From NCBI GenBank assembly GCA_036391875.1, contig DASVZA010000024.1, forward strand, positions 38,003-102,002: a DNA stretch of 64,000 nucleotides, in the 5' to 3' direction. The notes under the pieces are model-generated. The model ran no database searches, was not told the DNA's origin, and was given only the letters and a program-made list of their open reading frames with translations. Below are positions 56,965 through 64,000 of this stretch, piece after piece. Numbering within the stretch: the stretch's first letter is position 1; every line of letters begins with the position of its first letter. Source of the stretch: Parasulfuritortus sp. (lineage in GTDB: Bacteria; Pseudomonadota; Gammaproteobacteria; Burkholderiales; Thiobacillaceae). The translations under genes were made by a program, and so were the position numbers.

Positions 56965-58401
56965 TTATATGGTTTGCAGAATGTCCAGGGTGGTGGCGGC
57001 CATCAGCCGCATCTCCGGTTCCTCGATCACATAGGGCGGCATGAAATAGACGGTGTTGCCGATGGGCCGGATGAACACGCCCTTGGCCAGCGCCTGATCG
57101 TGGAAGCGGTGGCTGAAGCCGGCTGGAGCCTCCGCCACATCGAAGGCCCAGATCATGCCGGCGTTGCGGAAGTGGCGGACCCGCGGGTGAGCGCGTACTT
57201 CGTCCAGTATTTCCGTGAATCGAGCCGTCCGGACGCGGTTGGCGGCGATCACATGGTCCTGCTCGAAGATGTCCAGCACGGCTAGTGCAGCGCGGCAGGC
57301 CAATGGGTTGCCGGTGTAGGAGTGGGAGTGCAGAAAGCCCCGGGCGGTGTCATCGTCGTAGAAAGCGGCGTAGATCTCGTCCCGGGTCAGCACGGCGGAA
57401 AGCGGCAGGTAGCCGCCGGTGATGCCCTTGGACAGACAGATGAAATCGGGCCGGATGCCGGCCTGCGCCACCGCGGCGGTTTGGCGTTTATCGGCTACAA
57501 GGGACTGGGAAAGCCTGCCCACTTGCGCAGGCCCGGCGCCCCCTCCCGCACCGGCCGTCTCCGACGGCACCGAGTCGGGGCCGCCCTGCTCGCAGGCGAA
57601 CATCGTGCCGGTCCGGCCGAAGCCGACCGCGATCTCGTCGGCGATCAGGTGTACGCCGTAGCGGTCGCACAGCGCGCGGACCCGACCCAGATAGGCCGGG
57701 TGATGCATGGCCATACCGGCGGCGCCCTGCACCAACGGCTCGATGATGACGGCGGCAGTCGTTTCGGCATGGGCGGCGAGGTGGGCCTCCAGGTCGGCCG
57801 CGGCCCGCAGGGCATAGGCCTCGGCCGATTCGCCTGGCTCCGCCAGGCGCCAGTCCGGGCTCATGGCCTGATGGCTGTGCCGCAGCAGCGGCGCATAGGT
57901 GTCCTTGAACAGGGCGACGTCGGTGACCGACAGAGCGCCCAGGGTTTCGCCGTGATAGCCGTTCTTCAGGCTGACGAAGCCGGTCTTGGCCGGCCGGCCG
58001 GAGTTGCGCCAGAAATGGAAGCTCATCTTGAGCGCGATCTCGGTCGCCGAGGCGCCGTCCGAGCCGTAGAAGGCATGGCCCAGGCCGGTGAGTCGGGCCA
58101 GCCGTTCCGACAATTCGACCACGGGGGCGTGGGTGCAGCCGGCCAGGATGACGTGTTCGATCCGGTTCAGTTGATCGGTGATGGCGGCGTTGATGCGCGG
58201 TTCGGCGTGGCCGAACAGGTTGACCCACCAGGACGACACGGCGTCGAGATAGCGTTTGCCGTCGTAATCCACCAGCCAGGGGCCTTGGCCGCGTGCGATG
58301 GGCAGCGGCGGCATGGCCTCCAGTTGCTTCATCTGGGTGCAGGGGTGCCAGAGGGCGTTGCGGGTGCGGTCGAGCCAGTCGTGGTTGTCCATGACGGACA
58401 T
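56965..58401 (-). CDS. bioA: Adenosylmethionine-8-amino-7-oxononanoate aminotransferase, with a 41-aa in-frame insertion
   Basis: LWHPCTQM, SSWWVN, YHGET, DEIAVGFGRTG, SKGITGG, HSHSYTGN, YFMPPY. Confidence 0.92.
   Translation of the reverse strand: MSVMDNHDWLDRTRNALWHPCTQMKQLEAMPPLPIARGQGPWLVDYDGKRYLDAVSSWWVNLFGHAEPRINAAITDQLNRIEHVILAGCTHAPVVELSERLARLTGLGHAFYGSDGASATEIALKMSFHFWRNSGRPAKTGFVSLKNGYHGETLGALSVTDVALFKDTYAPLLRHSHQAMSPDWRLAEPGESAEAYALRAAADLEAHLAAHAETTAAVIIEPLVQGAAGMAMHHPAYLGRVRALCDRYGVHLIADEIAVGFGRTGTMFACEQGGPDSVPSETAGAGGGAGPAQVGRLSQSLVADKRQTAAVAQAGIRPDFICLSKGITGGYLPLSAVLTRDEIYAAFYDDDTARGFLHSHSYTGNPLACRAALAVLDIFEQDHVIAANRVRTARFTEILDEVRAHPRVRHFRNAGMIWAFDVAEAPAGFSHRFHDQALAKGVFIRPIGNTVYFMPPYVIEEPEMRLMAATTLDILQTI
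57463..57585. other. 123-bp in-frame insertion inside bioA, flanked by near-identical 10-mers
   Basis: Interrupts the usual CEQ-AGIRPDF; GCCGGCCTGC at 57457-57466 and GCCGCCCTGC at 57580-57589. Confidence 0.75.
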
Positions 58402-58478
58402 TATCCATGCCGCTGCAGATTAGGGCGACAGGCTCGAGAGCGGAGTCGGGTATTCGGGTCGGTGTCGGAGTTCGGGGA

Positions 58479-58703
58479 TTAGCGTAGGGAAAGGGGCGGT
58501 ACTTCCCAAAGGTCCATGACGGCTTCCGAACAGATCGTGGCGGCTTCCCGGTGGGCGGGGTTGCCGAACGCTTCCGCCTTGTCGTGGCAGATGCCGGCGG
58601 CGGCCCGGATGGCGCTGTTCCAGACATATTCATATCGGGCGACCATTTCGGGGTCGCTCGAGAGCCTGTCGCCCGCGTTGGTCAGAAAGTCTTGGAAGGT
58701 CAT
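58479..58703 (-). CDS. Hypothetical 74-aa protein
   Basis: Fills the gap between bioA and the mraZ promoter; protein-like composition; no clear RBS. Confidence 0.5.
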   Translation of the reverse strand: MTFQDFLTNAGDRLSSDPEMVARYEYVWNSAIRAAAGICHDKAEAFGNPAHREAATICSEAVMDLWEVPPLSLR

Positions 58704-58973
58704 TTTGGTTGAACGTTCTGAACGCCTATATCGAAAGGAATATTAAATATACACACATAGAGATTGCCTGTCCTGTTTTATCCAATCAAATCATGGCGAT
58801 TCATAAGATCGGCCGGTACCGGGCCATATAAGGCGATCGGCCAGCGCTTGGCGTCTTAACTTAATAATCAACTTTAAGTGTTGTCGCTAGTTTCTTAATT
58901 AAGAGGGCTTAGTGTCTGATTTTTTAATTGAGTGTAAGTCATTGTTGTCATTAAAAAAATAGGGTTTTCTCCC

Positions 58974-59046
58974 TTGACGTTGCGCCTTTCCATTCTCTAT
59001 AGTGGGCGTTGGTGGGAGAAAGTGGAGGAATGTGGGGTTTGGTGGA
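58974..59046 (+). promoter_or_regulatory. dcw promoter with MraZ-type direct-repeat operator
   Basis: TTGACG(58974)-N18-TATAGT(58998); GTGG[G/A] repeats at 59002, 59012, 59022, 59032 and 59042 (10-bp period). Confidence 0.8.
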
Positions 59047-59070
59047 GTTTCTGGGCCCCCTGGATCTGAG

Positions 59071-59541
59071 ATGTTTCGTGGCGCAACACCCCTCGCTCTG
59101 GACGGTAAAGCGCGTTTGGCGATACCGACCAAGTATCGCGACCTGCTCATGCAGCGTTGCGGGGGGCATCTCGTCCTTACGCTGGACCCGAGTGGTTGCC
59201 TGCTCCTCTATCCCTTCCCTGAGTGGGAGCCGATCGAGCGGAAGCTCAATGCGTTGCCCAGTTTCAATCCGGTCAGCCGCCAGATGCAGCGTCTGCTGGT
59301 CGGCTCGGCGACCGATGTCGAGATGGACGGTGCCGGCCGCATCCTGTTGCCGGGTCTGTTGCGCGAGCGTGCCACGCTAGAGCGGGATGTAGTCCTGGTC
59401 GGGCAAGGCAATAAATTCGAGGTGTGGAGTGCAGCCGGATGGCAGGCGCAATGCGACGCCGTGGCCGATCTTCCGGCGTTGCTGGACGAAGCGATGCGCA
59501 AGGGCGAGGTGCCGGATGAACTCAAGGACTTCTCGTTGTGA
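59071..59541 (+). CDS. mraZ: Division/cell wall cluster repressor MraZ
   Basis: [28 protein letters not shown]. Confidence 0.95.
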   Translation: MFRGATPLALDGKARLAIPTKYRDLLMQRCGGHLVLTLDPSGCLLLYPFPEWEPIERKLNALPSFNPVSRQMQRLLVGSATDVEMDGAGRILLPGLLRERATLERDVVLVGQGNKFEVWSAAGWQAQCDAVADLPALLDEAMRKGEVPDELKDFSL

Positions 59542-60503
59542 GCGCGGCCCAGGATATGGGCCACGCCTCCGTTCTGCTGGACGAAGCGATTGTGGCGCTG
59601 GACGTGAAACCGGATGGCGTCTACATCGATGCCACTTTCGGCCGGGGCGGGCACAGCCGGGCGATTCTCGCACGGCTCGGGCCGGCTGGCCGCTTGCTGG
59701 CGCTGGATCGCGATCCGCAGGCGGTGGCGGTCGCCCGGACCTGGGGCGATCCCCGCTTCGCCATCGTCCATGCGCCGTTCAGCCGGCTGGCCGCGGAAGC
59801 AAAGGCGCGCAGCCTGGCTGCGGTGGACGGGGTGCTGTTCGATCTGGGTGTGTCGAGTCCGCAGATCGACACGCCGGAACGGGGCTTCAGCTTCCGCTAC
59901 GACGCACCCCTGGATATGCGCATGGATACCAGTCGCGGCATGAGTGCGGCGGAATGGCTGAATACCGTGCCGGAGGACGAATTGGCCAGGGTGGTGCGTG
60001 ACTATGGCGAAGAGCGGTTTGCTAGGTCGGTTGCAAAAGCGATTGTCGCAGCGCGAGCGGATCAACCAATCACGACAACCGGGCGGCTCGCGCAGATTGT
60101 GGCGGGGGCGGTGCGCACGCGCGAACGCGGCCAGGACCCCGCCACGCGTACCTTTCAGGCTGTCAGGATTTACGTTAACCGGGAGCTTGATGAGATCGCC
60201 GAGGCGCTGCCACAGGCGGTCGATCTGTTGCGCCCCGGCGGGAGGCTGGCGGTGATCAGCTTCCATTCGCTCGAGGACAGGCTGGTGAAGCGCTTCATGC
60301 GGGGCGAGGCGAAGGGCGAAGAGTTGCCCCGGGAGATCCCCTTGACCGCCGGCGAACTCGCGCCGGGTCGGTTGCGCCTGGTCGGCCGCTCGATCAAGGC
60401 ATCGGTCGAGGAAGTGGCGCGCAATCCGCGTGCCCGCAGCGCCGTGCTGAGGGTGGCAGAACGGACCGTGGCGCCATTGCTGGAGCGGCCATGCAGCGGA
60501 TAA
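59538..60503 (+). CDS. rsmH: 16S rRNA m4C1402 methyltransferase
   Basis: [39 protein letters not shown]. Confidence 0.96.
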   Translation: MSAAQDMGHASVLLDEAIVALDVKPDGVYIDATFGRGGHSRAILARLGPAGRLLALDRDPQAVAVARTWGDPRFAIVHAPFSRLAAEAKARSLAAVDGVLFDLGVSSPQIDTPERGFSFRYDAPLDMRMDTSRGMSAAEWLNTVPEDELARVVRDYGEERFARSVAKAIVAARADQPITTTGRLAQIVAGAVRTRERGQDPATRTFQAVRIYVNRELDEIAEALPQAVDLLRPGGRLAVISFHSLEDRLVKRFMRGEAKGEELPREIPLTAGELAPGRLRLVGRSIKASVEEVARNPRARSAVLRVAERTVAPLLERPCSG

Positions 60504-60766
60504 ACCCAATACTGGCCGTGATCCTGGTCATATGTGCCCTCGCCGTCGTCACAGCGCGCCATCAGGCGCGCAAATTGTTTATAGAACTCCAGGCGGTGCA
60601 GAAGCAGAGTCGTGACCTGGACGTCGAATGGGGACGCCTGCAACTCGAGCAGAGCACATGGGCCATGCATTCGCGGATCGAGCAGATCGCCAGCGGCCAA
60701 CTGCACATGTCTGTGCCCGATCCGAAGAAGATCCAGGTCATCCAGGCGCCGGGGGGCAGGTCTTGA
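60491..60766 (+). CDS. ftsL: Cell division protein FtsL
   Basis: TM helix plus coiled coil, LQLEQSTW; dcw position. Confidence 0.92.
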   Translation: MQRINPILAVILVICALAVVTARHQARKLFIELQAVQKQSRDLDVEWGRLQLEQSTWAMHSRIEQIASGQLHMSVPDPKKIQVIQAPGGRS

Positions 60767-62487
60767 CCCGCGCCCGCAACCCCATTCTCCGCCTGGATCT
60801 GCAGCGTTGGCGCATGCGGCTGGTGATGGGCCTGGTGTTCGGCGGCTTCGCGGCCTTGACCGCGCGGGCCGCCTATCTGCAGGGCTGGCAGAACGACTTC
60901 CTCAACAAGCAGGGCGACATGCGCGTCCAGCGGGTGGTGGTGATCCCCGCCCACCGCGGCATGATCACCGACCGCCGCGGCGAGCCGCTGGCGATCAGCA
61001 CGCCGGTCGAGTCGCTTTGGGTCAATCCGCGCGAAGCCGAGGCGACGCCAGCCCAGATCCAGGCCTTGGCCAGCAGGCTGGACCTGGACCCGGACGGGGT
61101 GGCCCGCCAGTTCGCGGACAAGGCGAAGGCATTCGTCTATCTGAAGCGGCAGGTGCAGCCCGAAGTGGCCGACGCCGTGCTGGCGATGAACCTCAAGGGC
61201 GTGCATTCGACCCCGGAATACCGTCGCTACTATCCGGCCGGCGACGTGGTCGGCCAAGTGCTGGGCGTGACCGGCACCGACGACAGCGGCCTGGAAGGAT
61301 TGGAATATGCCTACCAGTCCTGGTTGGCGGGCGATCCGGGCGCGAAACGTGTGATCAAGGACCGCCTGGGCAACACCGTCGAGGACGTCGACCTGATCCG
61401 CTCGCCCAAGCCGGGCCGTGACCTGACCCTGAGTCTCAACCTGCAACTGCAATATCTCGCCTACCGCGAACTGTCCGCCGCGGTCGAGGCAAGCAAGGCC
61501 AAGGCGGGTGCGCTGGTGGCGCTGGATGCGCGGACCGGCGAGATCCTGGCGCTGGCCAACGTGCCTTCCTACAACCCCAACAACCGCGCCAGCATCACGC
61601 CGGACAGCAGCCGCAACCGGGCGGTGACCGATACCTACGAGCCGGGCTCGACCATCAAGCCGTTCCTTATCTCCACGGCCCTGCAGGACGGTGTCGTGAC
61701 CCCGGCGACGCTCATCGATACCGACCCGGGCTGGCTACAGATCGGCGATCGGCGGATTCACGACGTCCATTCCAAGGGGCTGATCAGCGTGGCGCAGGTC
61801 GTCCAGATCTCGAGCAACGTGGGGGCCGCCAAGATCGCCTTGGAAACGAAGTCAGAGGACTACTGGAACATGCTGACCCGGGCCGGGTTCGGCGCCCCGC
61901 CCGAGTCCGGCTTCCCGGGCGAGGCCGGCGGCCGGATACGCCCCTATGAGAGCTGGCGCCCGATCGAGAAGGCGACCATGGCATTCGGCATGGGCATGTC
62001 GGTCAGCCTGCTGCAGCTGGCGCGTGCCTATTGTGCCTTCGCCGATGATGGCGTGTTGCCCAAGGTCACCATCCTGAAGCGCGATCAGCCGGCCCCCGGC
62101 ACCCGTCTGGTATCGGCCAAGACCGCGAAGGAAATACGCGACATGCTGGAACTGGTCACCCAGCCGGACGGGACCGCGCCCGAGGCGCGGGTGATCGGCT
62201 ACCGGGTCGGCGGCAAGACAGGCACTGCGCACAAGGCGGTGGCCGGCGGCTACTCGCCGAACAAATATATCGCTTCGTTCGTCGGCATGGCGCCGATGTC
62301 GAACCCACGCGTGGTCATCGCCGTGATGATCGACGAGCCGGGAGGGAAAGACTACTACGGCGGCGAGGTCGCTGCGCCGGTGTTCTCCAAGGTGATGGCC
62401 GACGCACTGCGTTTCATGGCCGTCCCGCCCGACAGACCCTTGCAGGAAGAGCCTGCCGTGACCGGCAAGGCCGAGGAGCCGACCTGA
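60763..62487 (+). CDS. ftsI: Peptidoglycan D,D-transpeptidase FtsI (PBP3)
   Basis: RGMITDR, EPGSTIK (SxxK), SSN, KTG; TTG start overlapping the ftsL stop. Confidence 0.95.
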   Translation: MTRARNPILRLDLQRWRMRLVMGLVFGGFAALTARAAYLQGWQNDFLNKQGDMRVQRVVVIPAHRGMITDRRGEPLAISTPVESLWVNPREAEATPAQIQALASRLDLDPDGVARQFADKAKAFVYLKRQVQPEVADAVLAMNLKGVHSTPEYRRYYPAGDVVGQVLGVTGTDDSGLEGLEYAYQSWLAGDPGAKRVIKDRLGNTVEDVDLIRSPKPGRDLTLSLNLQLQYLAYRELSAAVEASKAKAGALVALDARTGEILALANVPSYNPNNRASITPDSSRNRAVTDTYEPGSTIKPFLISTALQDGVVTPATLIDTDPGWLQIGDRRIHDVHSKGLISVAQVVQISSNVGAAKIALETKSEDYWNMLTRAGFGAPPESGFPGEAGGRIRPYESWRPIEKATMAFGMGMSVSLLQLARAYCAFADDGVLPKVTILKRDQPAPGTRLVSAKTAKEIRDMLELVTQPDGTAPEARVIGYRVGGKTGTAHKAVAGGYSPNKYIASFVGMAPMSNPRVVIAVMIDEPGGKDYYGGEVAAPVFSKVMADALRFMAVPPDRPLQEEPAVTGKAEEPT

Positions 62488-63938
62488 TGGACGTCGCTGC
62501 CCTGATCGCCAAGCTGCGCCAGTTGCCGGGTCTGCGCCACCTGACGGCGGACAGCCGCCGGGTGTGCCCGGGCGATGTCTTCCTGGCCCTGCCCGGCGCG
62601 GTTCACGACGGCCGTGACCATATCCAGGCCGCGGTCTCGGCGGGTGCCGCCGCGGTACTCTGGGAACCTGACGGTTATGCTTGGCCGGTCGGTCTGGCGG
62701 TGCCCAACTTCCCGGTGCCCGATCTCAAGGGCCGGGCGCCGGCGATCGCTGCCGCCTGGTGGTGTGATCCGTCGCAGGCACTCTGGATGACCGGCGTCAC
62801 CGGCACCAACGGCAAGACCTCGTGCAGCCACTGGCTGGCCGATGCCTTCGGCCGCCTGGGCCGCAAGACCGCGGTCATCGGTACCCTGGGCAACGGTTTT
62901 CCGGGTGAGCTGCAGGGGGCCAGTCACACCACGCCGGATGCCGTCACCCTGCAGGGCCTGCTGGCCGGCTACCGCAACGCCGGCGCGGTGGGCGTGGCCA
63001 TGGAAGTGTCGTCCCATGCCTTGGACCAGGGCCGTGTCGAAGGCGTGGCCTTCGACGTGGCGGTGTTGACCAATCTGTCGCGCGACCATCTGGACTACCA
63101 CGGCGACATGACGGCCTATGCCCATGCCAAGACCAGATTGTTCGATTGGCCGGGCCTGAAATGGGCGGTGCTGAATCTGGAGGACGAACTGGGCAAGCGC
63201 CTGCACAAGGGCCTGGCCGGGCGTGACGTGCATTGCCTGAGCTACGGCCTGGGCGTCGGCGATATCCGCGGCGAGGCATTGCGCCTGAGCGCGGACGGTC
63301 TGGCCATGGAGGTCGAAACGCCCTGGGGCCGGGGCGAATTGCGCACCGGTCTGGTCGGCCGTTTCAACGCGGCCAACCTGCTTGCCTGTCTCGGCGCCCT
63401 GCTGGCCGCCAACATCAGCCTGGCCGACGCGCTCGCCGCGCTCGAACCCACCCGCTCGGTCGCCGGCCGGATGCAGCGCCTGGGCGGCGGTGCCTTGCCG
63501 ACGGTGATCGTCGACTACGCCCACACCCCGGACGCCCTGGAAAAGACCCTGGCCACGCTGCGCGACCTGACTGCCGGCCGGCTGGTCTGCGTGTTCGGCT
63601 GCGGCGGCGGCCGGGACAAGGGCAAGCGACCGCTGATGGGCGAGGCGGCGGCCCGGCTGGCCGACCGCGTCGTGGTCACCAGCGACAACCCGCGCCACGA
63701 GGCGCCGGCCGACATCGTCGCCGACATCCTGGTCGGCATGCCGGCCGGACAGCAAGTGGAACTCGACCGGGCCGCGGCCATCCGCGCCGCCATCGCCGGC
63801 GCCACGCCGGGCGACGTGGTGCTGATCGCCGGCAAGGGCCACGAGGATTACCAGGAAATCGAAGGCGTGCGACGGCCGTTCTCGGACGTCGCCGAAGCGG
63901 AACGGGCATTGAAGGAGATTGGCCATGCGCTCGCATGA
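62487..63938 (+). CDS. murE: UDP-MurNAc-dipeptide--DAP ligase
   Basis: GVTGTNGKTS, EVSSHAL, DYAHTPDA, DNPR, GKGHEDYQ. Confidence 0.96.
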   Translation: MDVAALIAKLRQLPGLRHLTADSRRVCPGDVFLALPGAVHDGRDHIQAAVSAGAAAVLWEPDGYAWPVGLAVPNFPVPDLKGRAPAIAAAWWCDPSQALWMTGVTGTNGKTSCSHWLADAFGRLGRKTAVIGTLGNGFPGELQGASHTTPDAVTLQGLLAGYRNAGAVGVAMEVSSHALDQGRVEGVAFDVAVLTNLSRDHLDYHGDMTAYAHAKTRLFDWPGLKWAVLNLEDELGKRLHKGLAGRDVHCLSYGLGVGDIRGEALRLSADGLAMEVETPWGRGELRTGLVGRFNAANLLACLGALLAANISLADALAALEPTRSVAGRMQRLGGGALPTVIVDYAHTPDALEKTLATLRDLTAGRLVCVFGCGGGRDKGKRPLMGEAAARLADRVVVTSDNPRHEAPADIVADILVGMPAGQQVELDRAAAIRAAIAGATPGDVVLIAGKGHEDYQEIEGVRRPFSDVAEAERALKEIGHALA

Positions 63939-64000
63939 AGTGGCTCAGGCGCTGAACGCCCGGGCCGTGGGGCCGGATGTGGAGTTCAGCACGGTGTCGA
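63925..64000 (+). CDS. murF: MurF ligase, 5' fragment (runs off window end)
   Basis: AAGGAG RBS; MRSHEVAQALNARAVGPDVEFSTVS; follows murE in dcw order. Confidence 0.75.
   Translation, partial: MRSHEVAQALNARAVGPDVEFSTVS

Noticed and set aside
57463-57585. bioA insertion as an intein or self-splicing intron
   Set aside because: Too short; lacks Cys/Ser start, His-Asn end and group I/II features
58441-58482. TCGG-rich degenerate repeats after the orphan ORF, sharing GGGATTAG with the 56527 hairpin arm
   Set aside because: Too short and irregular to call a repeat family or array; not CRISPR-like

Overview
GC-rich betaproteobacterial chromosome segment. The gshA type, the Calvin-type fba in a tkt-gap-pgk-pyk-fba cluster, several c-type cytochromes and the sulfur/thiol genes suggest a Thiobacillaceae-like chemolithoautotroph (inference). 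Most of the window is housekeeping: carbon metabolism, purC, gshAB, secB-gpsA, gpmI-envC-ctpA, miaB-phoH-ybeY-corC, tRNA-Met, msbA, zapBA-6S RNA-ygfA, liv ABC transporter, bioA and the start of the dcw cluster. The accessory parts that stand out are: (1) a Slam/type XI secretion outer-membrane protein paired with an uncharacterised, non-lipidated TbpB-barrel cargo (15.9-18.7 kb); (2) a two-Cys BigR/SqrR-like ArsR regulator followed by a TolC-MFP-RND-DUF2892 cassette inserted before a rhodanese, with a perfect palindrome over the cassette's -10 box; (3) a FIST (NosP-like) protein plus PAS hybrid kinase, followed by a Rieske ferredoxin and a cytochrome c; (4) a 123-bp in-frame insertion inside bioA; (5) a 56-aa membrane peptide missed by the ORF track, with its RBS sequestered in a hairpin; (6) two REP-like elements in the carbon operon. 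All calls come from motif recognition by eye; no searches were run.
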